A DNA stretch of 32,000 nucleotides, taken from the NCBI RefSeq assembly GCF_003945235.1, contig NZ_RSDW01000001.1, positions 4,110,001 to 4,142,000 of the forward strand, read 5' to 3'. This stretch comes from Edaphobacter aggregans (GTDB taxonomy: Bacteria; Acidobacteriota; Terriglobia; Terriglobales; Acidobacteriaceae). Made by a program: the position numbers and the translations under genes. Shown here in pieces: positions 1 to 9,155 of the stretch (its first letter is position 1; each line of letters starts with the position of its first letter). The notes below the pieces were generated by a model. The model did no database searches. It was not told the DNA's origin and saw nothing but the letters and a program-made list of their open reading frames with translations.

Positions 1-1950
1 TCCAGCTTGGTGCAGGATCTTTCGACTGTCAATGCGGACCTAGGCGTCACCATCACGTCATCTGCCGCGAACGGCACGGGCAGCACCACCACCTATATCG
101 CGACCGTGACGAACAATGGTCCCGCGTCAGCCTCGAGCGTCGGACTCACCGCATTTCTCCCCTCCACCGGCAGCCTTACCTCTGCGACGCCATCATCTGG
201 CTCCTGCTCGACGGCTGGCGTCATTCTCTGTGATCTGGGCAGTCTCGCTAATGGCGCTTCGGCCTCGGTCGTCTTCAGCGTCTTGCAAACGAGTGCAGGT
301 AGCGCTGCGATGACAGTGCAAGTGACCGCCTCCGAGACCGACCCGGTTGGCTCGAACAATCAGGCCACCTCAACGACAAACATCACCGGTGGTGCCTATA
401 ACGTCGCTCCGACGCTCTCAGCCATTTCTCCGGCTGGGATCGTGAGCGGGTCTAGCGACACCATCATCACCTTGACTGGATCGGGCTTTAGCGACAGTTC
501 CACGGTGCTACTCAACGGGACGTCTCTGGCTACCAACTTCGTCAGCAGCACGCAACTAACCGCAACGGTACCGGCAGCGAATCTCGCTACTCTAGGCTGG
601 GCCCCGATCGCCGTCTCTAACCCGGCTCCGGGAGGAGGAACATCCTCCGCGCTTCCATTGACCGTCTTCTCAGTCCTCAACCTGGGCGCCAACCACATCC
701 TCTACGACCCATACTCGCGCAAGATCATGGCGGGCATCGGGGCAGGTACCCCCTCGGTAGCAGCAAATTCCATCGTTGCAGTCACGCCCGATACCGCCTC
801 CATCGGTACTACGGTACAGATCGGCGGGACGCCAACGAATCTCACGCTTACCTCCGATGGGCAGATCCTGTACGCGCTCCTGCCGGGCGCAACCACTGGC
901 AGCATCGCCCGCTTCAACATGCTGACCCAGCAACCCGACTTCACCGTTTCAGGTTTTGCTACTGGCTACCAGGTAGGCCTTCGCGATATTGCCACACAGC
1001 CGGGTGCGGAAAACACGGTCGCCGTGGACGAAGGCGAATACGTCGGCATCTCCATCTTCGACTTCGATCCAGCTTCGCGGATAGCAACAAGGCGAGGTGT
1101 AGCAACCACCCCTTCAGCGGGAACCTGTCTTGCCTTTCCAGAAGCTTCCAGCATGTTTGCTGTTGATTTATGGTCGAGCCCCAATGCACTGGATCTTTAC
1201 AACGTCACCACAAACGGCCTAGTCAACGGTTCCTACCCCTACTACGTCGCATCAAATATCCAGTACCTGAACTGCTACAAGCTGAGCGGCGGTTTGTTGT
1301 TCACGCAGTCTGGCAGTGTAGCGGAGACTGGAGTGAGTCCGGTCGCACAGGTCGGAGTTTTCGAAGGAATGCCGAATGTCAGCAACTACGGCGCCGGAGT
1401 CAAAGACTTCGAACCTGATACCTCATTGGGCCTATCTTTCTACCTCACGGATTTGAATCCGAATCTGTACTCAGCAATCTTCGATAGCATCACTGCGTTC
1501 AATATCCAGACGTTCATGCCAACGACGGTACTGTCGCTCCCTTTCGAAACCTTCGAAGGCAATACTGGCTTCACCGGGGTCGACGTAGTTCGTTGGGGCC
1601 AGGATGGTCTCGCCGTTCTCAGCAGCGGAGGAAATGTCTACCTTGTTCGCGGTGGCGCCATAGTCCCGCAGTTGCTCAATGTCAACTCGGCCGCTATTCT
1701 CACCGCAAGTTCGTTGACCTCCACAACTCATGGTGCTGGCAACACCAGTCTCACGCTTACTGGTAGCAATTTCGTACCTGGAGTTGCTGTGCTATGGAAC
1801 GGCAGCTATCGGACTACGACCATTGTGGATCCAACTCATGTCTCGGTAGCGATTCCAGCAAGCGATTTAGCCCAGGCCGGAACCGCCGTCATCACAGCCG
1901 TGAATCCGGGGTCACCAGCCTCCGCTCCACTCACCTTCAGCATCGACTAA
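1..1950 (+). CDS. Large secreted/surface protein, C-terminal part (5' end off-window): DUF11/CARDB-like repeat, IPT/TIG domain, beta-propeller-like core, second IPT/TIG domain
   Basis: The frame is open from base 1 (no stop before the track start at 7) to TAA at 1948-1950. Motifs include TYIATVTNNGPASA...ETDPVGSNN (DUF11-type). PTLSAISPAG...ITLTGSGF and LTLTGSNFVPGVAVLWNG are IPT/TIG-type. Domain names come from memory of these families. Confidence 0.7.
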   Translation, partial: SSLVQDLSTVNADLGVTITSSAANGTGSTTTYIATVTNNGPASASSVGLTAFLPSTGSLTSATPSSGSCSTAGVILCDLGSLANGASASVVFSVLQTSAGSAAMTVQVTASETDPVGSNNQATSTTNITGGAYNVAPTLSAISPAGIVSGSSDTIITLTGSGFSDSSTVLLNGTSLATNFVSSTQLTATVPAANLATLGWAPIAVSNPAPGGGTSSALPLTVFSVLNLGANHILYDPYSRKIMAGIGAGTPSVAANSIVAVTPDTASIGTTVQIGGTPTNLTLTSDGQILYALLPGATTGSIARFNMLTQQPDFTVSGFATGYQVGLRDIATQPGAENTVAVDEGEYVGISIFDFDPASRIATRRGVATTPSAGTCLAFPEASSMFAVDLWSSPNALDLYNVTTNGLVNGSYPYYVASNIQYLNCYKLSGGLLFTQSGSVAETGVSPVAQVGVFEGMPNVSNYGAGVKDFEPDTSLGLSFYLTDLNPNLYSAIFDSITAFNIQTFMPTTVLSLPFETFEGNTGFTGVDVVRWGQDGLAVLSSGGNVYLVRGGAIVPQLLNVNSAAILTASSLTSTTHGAGNTSLTLTGSNFVPGVAVLWNGSYRTTTIVDPTHVSVAIPASDLAQAGTAVITAVNPGSPASAPLTFSID

Positions 1951-2129
1951 AGAGATAACGACTAGATGAATGAAACAGAAGAAAGTCTGAATGGATAACA
2001 GAGATGAGATTTACACGACGATCACCTTTCAGCACATTGAAGGTGATTGCCGAATACTTGTATAAGCCAAAACGGCTTCGGAAGGGTAACGGGCTCTCCA
2101 GTCATCTGTCCTGAGTGAGTTATGAAGGC

Positions 2130-2824
2130 TCAAAAGAGTTCATCCGCTTGATAGGCATCCGTCGGCTCGACTTGAGTGATGATCGATTTCCACGGCCAAT
2201 TTACGGTCGCGAATTTCCGATAGAGCAATAACTGGCGATCGACCACGCTGATGCCTTTATCGGGGTTATATGACAGAACAAGGCCGCGGCCATCTTCATC
2301 TATTTGCAGCAATTCGATCTTCCCAAGAATGCTCTTGAGATTTCCGAGGAGAATGCGTCGCTCTCGCCGGCTCGCTGCTGCAAATATTCGATCGACGCTC
2401 AGGCCGTTCATGAGATCGGAGTCGGAGGCTGTCATGATGACCGCCATCGCATGGGCATAAATGCCGGTGAGTTCTTTCTCGACCGTATTCCTGATGCGAT
2501 ATTTCCGGCGAACGTCTGATACAGAGGATTGAGTTGCTCAGCGTATTCCATTGCGGCGTTGTCAGCAACTTCGCCGGCAGAGAGCAAAAGAGGTTCCGGC
2601 GACGATTCCTTGATTTTGAGATCGTCGAGCGCCTGCAGCACCAACGTCTGAAGCTGCCCTGCATTTCCAAATGAAGCGTCAATGATCCTCGATTTTAATG
2701 GGTTGCCAAATTTGACATTGAGGACACCGCCCCCCTTATCCGTGATCTTCTCTAAATCGGCATTGCTCCATGAGATAGATATTTCTTCGATGCGGCCTGA
2801 ATGGTTAACATTTCGCAACCGCAA
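2130..2824 (-). pseudogene. Frameshifted, N-terminally truncated remnant of an ATPase-like (AAA/STAND-type C-terminal region with probable winged-helix end) gene
   Basis: Track ORFs 2432-2824 and 2130-2447 overlap in different frames and both read as protein-like sequence. One frame gives ...NPLYQTFAGNIASGIR and the other gives NTVEKELTGIYAHAMAVIMTASDSD.... The frame switch lies at about 2447-2480. An in-frame TAA sits immediately upstream of 2824, so the P-loop part is missing. The family assignment is tentative. More broken pieces may extend to about 3260. Confidence 0.45.
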
Positions 2825-3383
2825 GTCTTTTGTTTACATCGCAAACATGGGCGAGCGGAGTGCGGTACAACTAAAATCCGGGGAGTCGATTAGCCAGTCC
2901 GATCCGGGGCTGAGACGGCCAACACCTCCAGCAATGTCTGGCCGAAAGCCAGAGGCTTGCCCAGCTTTATCGTCAGCCGTGGCCCTCGATCCCAGAGACT
3001 CTTTTGAACTCCGCGTAGCGGGACGACCTCGGCATAAAACTGGCCGGGGTGTGGGGCAGTATGGCGGAAGTCAGTGTGGAGGCACCCTGCGTTCTCTCCG
3101 TAAGATCGACCGCACAAATCCGTTCGAGCCGCTCAAATTCCTTAAGTCGAGCGGAGCTGAGATCAGTCCATTTGGGCTGGACTGCACGACGTATTGGGCC
3201 GCACAACACCTCCAGAAGATGGCACGAGAGAACAGCACTCAGTTCGTTCGTGCGCACATCTCTAACATCGTAGGTTCGAAGAACGTTAAGAAGACATGGG
3301 ATAGGTTTGCGCCGTATCTATGTTCCGGCGAAAGCGGAATCGACGAACAGATTCTGCATCAGTTGTTTTTAAGGTCGATGATG

Positions 3384-3507
3384 CTTCAGATGGGCTTTTG
3401 TGGCGACTAATCCACTCCGACCGGTGGTGCCGAGGGTGAACCTTTGGTGCAAAATGATACTTCAGATGGGCTTTTTGTGGCGACTAATCCACTCCAATCG
3501 GCGGTGC
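3384..3507 (+). repeat. Two direct copies (47/48 nt, 76-nt period) of CTTCAGATGGGCTTTT(T)GTGGCGACTAATCCACTCC...GGTGC upstream of the recombinase gene
   Basis: Copy 1 is 3384-3430 and copy 2 is 3460-3507. The first 38 nt are identical except for one extra T. Each copy is followed by GGTGCA(A/G)AATGATA (3446-3459 and 3503-3516). Confidence 0.9.
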
Positions 3508-3525
3508 AGAATGATATTCTGCACC
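3503..3525 (+). promoter_or_regulatory. Perfect 10-bp inverted repeat GGTGCAGAAT-GAT-ATTCTGCACC, a candidate operator or recombinase-binding site
   Basis: The palindrome was read directly. It ends 14 nt before the recombinase ATG at 3540. Its left arm is the end of direct-repeat copy 2. Confidence 0.5.
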
Positions 3526-3539
3526 GTACCGGAGACACC

Positions 3540-4921
3540 ATGAATTCAGCAGTTTTGTACGCTCGTGTCTCAAGCAAAGACCAAGAGCAAGAGGGGTACT
3601 CCATACCTGCGCAGATCAAAATGCTGCACGAGTATGCCCGCCGTAAAGAGCTGTCTATCGTTCAGGAATTTGTCGATGTTGAGACCGCAAAGGCACGAGG
3701 CCGAAAGCGGTTTGGTGAGATGCATGACTTCCTGTCACGAAATCCGGAGTGTCGCATCGTCCTGGTCGAAAAGACTGACCGCCTCTACCGGAATTTTTAC
3801 GACTACTTAAAGTTGGATGAACTTGGCATCGAGATCCATCTTGCAAAAGATGGACAAATCATCTCTCCCGAATCGAAGTCGCAGGCGAAGCTCACGCACG
3901 AGAAGGCTTCCCAAGGGATTTACCCGAGCCGCCCCCCATTGGGATACGTCAATGAGGTCGCGGAAGGGTCAATCGTTGTGCACGAACAGAATTCGCTCGT
4001 CGTCAAGGATCTTTTCTCGCTGTACGCGACAGGGGATCATTCCATGGCGTCGGTTCGAAAGGCGCTTTTTGAGCGCCACGGTAAGAAGTACGCGAAAGGG
4101 TACCTGCACAAACTCCTTAAGCATCGCTTTTACGTCGGATTTTTTGAGTGGGAGAAAATCGTCTATAGGGGTACGCATGAGACGTTCATAGGCCCCGCGC
4201 TGTTTGAGCAAGTGCAGGCCGTACTGGAGGGTCATAACCGTCCCAAGTATCGCAAGCATCAATTCGCGTTTGCGGGGCTTCTGACGTGTGCGCACGACGG
4301 CCTTACAGTGACGGCAGAAGTGAAGAAAGCGAAATACGTTTACTACCACTGCACCGGCTACAAAGGGAAATGCGGCCTTCCGTACATGAAGGAAGAAATC
4401 CTTGGGAGGCAATTTGGAGAGGTACTAAAGAAAATTTATGTCCCTGACCCGGTCCTGAAAGATGTAGTGGCATCGCTTCGTGAAAACGAGGACAAGTCCG
4501 TCGCCGAGCGACGCGAAACAGCGTCGTTAGTCGAGCGACGCTTGGCCGCTCTGCGCAGGAGAATGGAGCAGGCGTACCTCGACAAACTCGACGGAAATAT
4601 CACGCCAGACTTTTGGACCCGGATGCAACAGGACTGGCAACAGGAAGAGATGCGGCTTGAGCAATCCCTCCGGACGCTGGGTCAGCCCCTAGACCCGCGG
4701 CGGCTGCTAGATGCTGAGCGAACTCTAGACTCGCGAATAAGGCGCGTTCTCTATACGAAGTGCAGAATTGTGATGAGAAGGGCAAACTGCTGAAAATAGT
4801 GCTTTCGAACTGCTCTACGGATGGCGTAAGTCTATGGCCTGTCTATAGAAAGCCGTTCGATATGATCTTCAACAGAGCAAAAACTGAGGAATGGTGCGCC
4901 CGAGAAGATTCGAACTTCTGA
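3540..4921 (+). pseudogene. Large serine recombinase (resolvase-type N-terminal catalytic domain), apparently decayed by a 3' frameshift and a probable internal deletion
   Basis: The sequence MNSAVLYARVSSKDQEQEGYSIPAQ... carries the catalytic Ser motif and VEKTDRLYRN. The track frame stops at 4793. A second frame, open from 4718 to TGA at 4919-4921, continues as LANKARSLYEVQNCDEKGKLLKIVLSNCSTDGVSLWPVYRKPFDMIFNRAKTEEWCAREDSNF. That resembles the conserved C-terminus of this family as I recall it. The segment KLTHEKASQGIYPSRPPLGY appears to lack about 20 aa of the alpha-E helix region compared with remembered homologues. Confidence 0.7.
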
Positions 4922-4968
4922 CCTACAGCTTCGGAGGCTGCCGCTCTATCCAGCTGAGCTACGGGCGC
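4892..4968 (-). tRNA. tRNA-Arg (anticodon CCG), CCA encoded
   Basis: The reverse complement is GCGCCCGTAGCTCAGCTGGATAGAGCGGCAGCCTCCGAAGCTGTAGGTCAGAAGTTCGAATCTTCTCGGGCGCACCA. It has a 7-bp acceptor stem, a GCTC/GAGC D stem and anticodon loop CUCCGAA. The T arm is AGAAG-TTCGAAT-CTTCT. Confidence 0.92.
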
Positions 4969-5071
4969 ATACCTCTAGGTTAGCACGACCCATCCTTAGC
5001 GAGCAGCATTGACAGCGCATGTCCCACGGGTTCACCATCGTACCCAAATCTTCGAGGAGGGGACACAATCC

Positions 5072-5632
5072 ATGCAGCTCCGCACCATCACAACGCTGAC
5101 TTGTAACTGTATCCTCGCCACTGCTGGCCTCGCTCAGATGCCCACGCCTCCAGCTGAGAAGCCCTCAGCCGAACCTGCGGCCGTTGCAAGTCCAAGGGCT
5201 ACCGCGACCGTCTCCCTCAATGGCAAGGATGTCACTATTAGCTATGGAGCGCCTTCCATGCGGGGTCGCAAGATCTTTGGCGGACTCGTCCCCTACGACA
5301 AGGTCTGGCGCACTGGAGCCAACGAGGCCACCTCCTTCGTCACCCAGGCCGACCTCAAGATCGGCGGCACCATGGTCCCTGCAGGCAGCTACACTCTCTA
5401 CACCCTGCCCAACGCCACCCGCTGGCTCCTCATTCTCAACAAGCAGACCGGCCAGTGGGGTACCGTCTACAATGAGCCCATGGATCTCGCCCGCATCGCA
5501 ATGGAGTCCAAAACTCTCTCCCCACCCCAGGAGGCGATGTCCGTCTCGTTTGAAAACACCGTAGGCAACACCACCGAGCTTCACATCAAGTGGGACACAA
5601 CCAACCAGTTTGTCCCGGTTACCGCCCAGTAG
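5072..5632 (+). CDS. DUF2911 domain-containing secreted protein
   Basis: ATG at 5072 is preceded by GAGGAGGGG. An N-terminal signal-like segment is present. The motif GRKIFGGLVPYDKVWRTGANEATSF...AGSYTLYTLP...WLLILNKQTGQWG is typical of DUF2911 as I recall it. The track start at 5009 was trimmed. Confidence 0.8.
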   Translation: MQLRTITTLTCNCILATAGLAQMPTPPAEKPSAEPAAVASPRATATVSLNGKDVTISYGAPSMRGRKIFGGLVPYDKVWRTGANEATSFVTQADLKIGGTMVPAGSYTLYTLPNATRWLLILNKQTGQWGTVYNEPMDLARIAMESKTLSPPQEAMSVSFENTVGNTTELHIKWDTTNQFVPVTAQ

Positions 5633-5635
5633 TGG

Positions 5636-5908
5636 CTATTTAGATTCCGCAGCCTCACGATCAAGCCGCAACCGCTCCATCACTGACGCCACCAGTTCCT
5701 TGGCCCCATTGATGTTCGCCAGCACCGCCTGTAGGTCGAGGGCGGGAACATTTGGATTCCGCGCGCTCGTACAGTAAACCCCATGCTGCCCAACCAGAAT
5801 CAGCGCATCCGTCAGCACATCCAGCGTGACGGCGAGACGCCCCCTCGCCTCGCCCATCATGAACTCATATTTTTCAAGCTCATCCTGCCGGTCATAGAAG
5901 ACAGACAC
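5636..5908 (-). CDS. Hypothetical 90-aa protein, last gene of the gcv operon
   Basis: GTG at 5908 lies 1 nt after the gcvPB stop (TAA at 5910-5912) and is preceded by AAGGAGTGG. Codon endings resemble the neighbouring minus-strand genes. The longer track ORF to 6076 overlaps gcvPB and was trimmed. Confidence 0.5.
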   Translation of the reverse strand: MSVFYDRQDELEKYEFMMGEARGRLAVTLDVLTDALILVGQHGVYCTSARNPNVPALDLQAVLANINGAKELVASVMERLRLDREAAESK

Positions 5909-5909
5909 G

Positions 5910-7457
5910 TTACCACTCCTTATCGGCGCTATCGACCGCAAGCGGAGTAGAAGCAACCGGAGCCTTCCAGCGAAGCACCGGCTTCCTGGCCGCCGTAGTC
6001 TCGTCCAGACGTTGTAGTCGAGTCGAATGCGGAGCCGTCTGCACGAGTTCAGGATTCTCCTCAGCCTCGCGCGCAATCTGTTTCAGCGCATCGATCAGCA
6101 GATCCAACTCTTCGCGACTCTCACTCTCCGTAGGTTCGATCATCATCGCTCCCTGAACCACCAGCGGGAACGACACCGTATAGGCATGGAAGCCGTAGTC
6201 GATTAGCCGTTTGCCCATATCGCCTGTCTTCACACCGTTCTTGGCCTGCAGCTTGTCCGAGAACACAACCTCATGCAGCGATTGCGTCTTGTAAGGCAGA
6301 TCAAACGTACCTTCCAGCTTCGCCCGGATGTAGTTGGCATTCAGGACAGCATCCTCGGTCGTCTGCCTCAGCCCGTCCGGTCCATTCGCCAGGATATAAG
6401 CCAGCGCCCGCACGAACATGCCGAAGTTCCCATAGAACATCCGCACGCGTCCCACACTCTGCGGCCGGTTGTACTCCAATGCTAGCGAACCATCTTCACG
6501 CGTCACTACAAGCGGCGTTGGCAGAAACGGCTCCAGGATCTTCTTGCAAGCCACCGGCCCTGATCCCGGACCACCGCCTCCATGCGGAGTAGAGAACGTC
6601 TTGTGCAGATTCAAATGCATGACATCAACGCCAAAATCACCTGGTCGCGTTTTACCCACCAGTGCATTCATGTTCGCGCCATCCATGTAGAGCAACGCGC
6701 CCTTCGCATGAAGAATGTCGGCAATCTTATGAATCTCACTTTCGAACACGCCAATCGTAGAAGGGTTCGTCAGCATCAACGCGGCTGTATCTTCATCGAC
6801 CATCCGTTCCAACTCGGCGATATCTACCATCCCCTGAGCGTTCGACTTCAGGTTCGCAACCTCATATCCGCAGACAGCTGCAGTCGCCGGATTCGTACCA
6901 TGCGCCGAGTCCGGAATCAGGACCTTCTTCCGCGGATTACCCTTGCTCTCGTGGTAAGCCCGAATCATCAGGATGCCAGTAAACTCTCCATGCGCGCCTG
7001 CAGCAGGCTGCAGCGTCGTGGCATCCATTCCGGTAATCTCGACCAGCACTTCCTTCATCATCTTGATGATCGCCAGACAACCCTGCGACAGTGACTCTGG
7101 CTGATAGGGATGAGCCTCGGCGATTCCTTCCAATCGCGCCACAGCCTCATTCACGCGCGGGTTGTACTTCATCGTGCAGCTACCTAGCGGATACATCCCC
7201 AGGTCGATGGCATAGTTCCAGGTAGAAAGCCGCGTAAAGTGCCGGATGATCTCGATCTCACTCAGCTCAGGCATTACACCCAGATCGGTGCGCACAGCCG
7301 TACCCAGCAGGGAAGCGGAGTCTACTGTCGGCACATCCAGTTCGGCGAGTCTATACGCCTTTTTGCCCGGCGAGGACTTCTCAAAGATCAGATCTTCGTT
7401 CTGATTGACATGCGTCGTCGCCTTCTTGGGCGAACCTACAAACTTCTCATCTGCCAT
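5910..7457 (-). CDS. gcvPB: Glycine dehydrogenase (aminomethyl-transferring) subunit 2
   Basis: The product is 515 aa. It carries the PLP-lysine motif HLNLHKTFSTPHGGGGPGSGP and shows full-length similarity to the P-protein C-terminal subunit. Confidence 0.95.
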   Translation of the reverse strand: MADEKFVGSPKKATTHVNQNEDLIFEKSSPGKKAYRLAELDVPTVDSASLLGTAVRTDLGVMPELSEIEIIRHFTRLSTWNYAIDLGMYPLGSCTMKYNPRVNEAVARLEGIAEAHPYQPESLSQGCLAIIKMMKEVLVEITGMDATTLQPAAGAHGEFTGILMIRAYHESKGNPRKKVLIPDSAHGTNPATAAVCGYEVANLKSNAQGMVDIAELERMVDEDTAALMLTNPSTIGVFESEIHKIADILHAKGALLYMDGANMNALVGKTRPGDFGVDVMHLNLHKTFSTPHGGGGPGSGPVACKKILEPFLPTPLVVTREDGSLALEYNRPQSVGRVRMFYGNFGMFVRALAYILANGPDGLRQTTEDAVLNANYIRAKLEGTFDLPYKTQSLHEVVFSDKLQAKNGVKTGDMGKRLIDYGFHAYTVSFPLVVQGAMMIEPTESESREELDLLIDALKQIAREAEENPELVQTAPHSTRLQRLDETTAARKPVLRWKAPVASTPLAVDSADKEW

Positions 7458-7459
7458 TG

Positions 7460-7804
7460 CTAAAACTCCTGCGCATCACTTGCATCACCGGTCTCCGAGT
7501 AGCTTCCGGACTCCGGACCATCCAAATCTTCCTCACGCAACGAAAGGCCAAACACCGTGCCATTCTCGAACTCAATCGTCAGTGCATCGCCTTCCTCCAG
7601 CGAAGCCTGCACAACCTTCTCGCCAATCTGCGCGCATAGTGCATTGCGATACTCCGGCTCGCCATAGGCCACCGAAAAATCGGGCAGCAGCACATGCGGC
7701 CAGTTGTAGAGGGTGAACAGCGGAGCAGCGAAACGGAGTTGCAGGTAGTCCTGCACAAACTCCACCGCTACAAGCTCCTCACCGACAATCGCCGAGACGT
7801 CCAT
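7460..7804 (-). CDS. Hypothetical 114-aa acidic protein inserted between gcvPA and gcvPB
   Basis: The ATG lies 2 nt after the gcvPA stop, and its TAG lies 2 nt before the gcvPB ATG. I recognise no family. It has an acidic C-terminal tail. Confidence 0.7.
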   Translation of the reverse strand: MDVSAIVGEELVAVEFVQDYLQLRFAAPLFTLYNWPHVLLPDFSVAYGEPEYRNALCAQIGEKVVQASLEEGDALTIEFENGTVFGLSLREEDLDGPESGSYSETGDASDAQEF

Positions 7805-7806
7805 CG

Positions 7807-9150
7807 CTATGCTTTCTTGCCTGCGAGGGCGGTTGCTGCGGCATCAATCTGTTTCCGCGTCGTCAGTTCCGTCGCACACCACAGGCTCGCGTTCGGCCCA
7901 AGTTCCGGATACCACTTCTGCAACGCCAGTCCGCCGATGATCTTGTCGTCGAGCAGAGCAGTATTGGTCTCTGCAGCACTCTTCGGAAGCTCCAGCACAA
8001 ACTCGTGGAACCGCGGCGCGCCATCAAACAACACCTTTACCCCAGCAGCTTTCGACAAAGCGCCCTGGGCATAATGAGCCTTCGCTAGATTCTGCTCCGC
8101 TAGCTCCTTCATGCCCTGCTTGCCGTAAACCGTGAGAAAGATCGTCGTCATCATTGCCACAAGAGCTTGATTGGTGCAGATGTTCGAGGTCGCCTTCTCG
8201 CGTCGGATGTGCTGTTCACGCGTCGACATGGTCAGCACAAAGCCTCGCTTGCCATTCATGTCCTTGGTCTCGCCGATCAGCCTTCCCGGCATTTGCCGAA
8301 GAAACTTCTCCTTGCAGGCAATCACACCGCAGTAAGGCCCACCGTAGCCCAGAGCCACGCCATACGATTGCGCCTCCATGGACACGATGTCTGCTTCCAC
8401 GGGAGGCTTCACAATCCCCAGCGATACCGCCTCGGCAATCGACACAATCAGCAGAGCGCCCTTCTTATGTGCAATCTCGGCAATCGCCGCCACATCCTCG
8501 ATCGTGCCAAAGAAGTTCGGCGACTGAATTAACACGCACGCGGTGTCGCTCGTAACTGCAGCATCGAGCGCCGCCAAATCGACCCGTCCATTCGACGCAT
8601 AAGCAACCTCAGTGACGGGGATCTCCTGGTGCTGCGCATACGTTGAAATCACCTCGCGATACTCCGGATGCACAGTCCTTGCAATGACCGCGCCATCGCG
8701 TCCAGTCACACGCACAGCCATCATGATCGCCTCAGCCGCGCCGGTCGAGCCGTCGTACATCGAAGCGTTGGCGATCTCCATGCCGGTCAACTCGCAGATC
8801 ATCGTCTGGAACTCAAACATCGCCTGCAGCGTTCCTTGCGAGATCTCCGGCTGGTACGGCGTATAGCTCGTCAGAAACTCTCCGCGCTGCACAAGCGAGT
8901 CGATAATCACCGGCCGATAGTGTCGATATACACCGGCACCCAGAAAGCTCGCATAACCCGTGGCATTGCTCTCAGCGAAAGCACGAAACTTATCCACGAT
9001 CTCCGATTCGCTATGCTGTCGTGGAATCGCAAGATCGCGCGTCAGCCGATACTCGGCAGGGATTGTGGAAAACAGCTCGTCAATCGACGAGACACCGATC
9101 TCGGCAAGCATCTCCTCACGATCGGTAGGTGACTTCGGCAAATAGCGCAT
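7807..9150 (-). CDS. gcvPA: Glycine dehydrogenase (aminomethyl-transferring) subunit 1
   Basis: The product is 447 aa and begins [20 protein letters not shown]. It contains [10 protein letters not shown] and [13 protein letters not shown], typical of the P-protein N-terminal subunit. Confidence 0.95.
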   Translation of the reverse strand: MRYLPKSPTDREEMLAEIGVSSIDELFSTIPAEYRLTRDLAIPRQHSESEIVDKFRAFAESNATGYASFLGAGVYRHYRPVIIDSLVQRGEFLTSYTPYQPEISQGTLQAMFEFQTMICELTGMEIANASMYDGSTGAAEAIMMAVRVTGRDGAVIARTVHPEYREVISTYAQHQEIPVTEVAYASNGRVDLAALDAAVTSDTACVLIQSPNFFGTIEDVAAIAEIAHKKGALLIVSIAEAVSLGIVKPPVEADIVSMEAQSYGVALGYGGPYCGVIACKEKFLRQMPGRLIGETKDMNGKRGFVLTMSTREQHIRREKATSNICTNQALVAMMTTIFLTVYGKQGMKELAEQNLAKAHYAQGALSKAAGVKVLFDGAPRFHEFVLELPKSAAETNTALLDDKIIGGLALQKWYPELGPNASLWCATELTTRKQIDAAATALAGKKA

Positions 9151-9155
9151 GTCGT

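Larger units (their letters stand above)
1951..4891. mobile_element. Decayed integrative island remnant abutting the 3' end of tRNA-Arg (cargo pseudogenes plus serine recombinase)
   Basis: G+C drops right after the stop at 1950; a hand count of 1981-2040 gives 24 G+C of 60. Only broken reading frames lie between 1951 and 3440. A recombinase gene points into the tRNA 3' end. The left boundary is not defined by a recognisable att repeat. Confidence 0.5.

Noticed and set aside
2041-2115. Possible degenerate copy of the tRNA-Arg 3' half marking the distal island end (ACGGCTTCGGAAGG... versus tRNA ACAGCTTCGGAGG..., and CTCTCCAG versus CTCTATCCAG)
   Set aside because: The similarity needs many gaps. 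Outside a 10-mer it is no better than I would expect by chance when aligning by eye. A Smith-Waterman alignment with shuffled controls, or comparison with an empty site, is needed.
2682-3410. 242-aa plus-strand ORF in the island remnant
   Set aside because: It overlaps the better-supported minus-strand pseudogene fragments. It ends inside the non-coding direct repeat and has no recognisable motifs. I cannot exclude that its 3' third (about 3100-3410) is a real small gene.
5636-6076. 146-aa form of the ORF downstream of gcvPB, and the 314-aa form of 13391-14335
   Set aside because: The long forms overlap gcvPB by 167 nt in the first case. In the second case the long form crosses the divergent promoter and gene start. 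Internal starts at GTG 5908 and ATG 14194 fit the operon geometry better.
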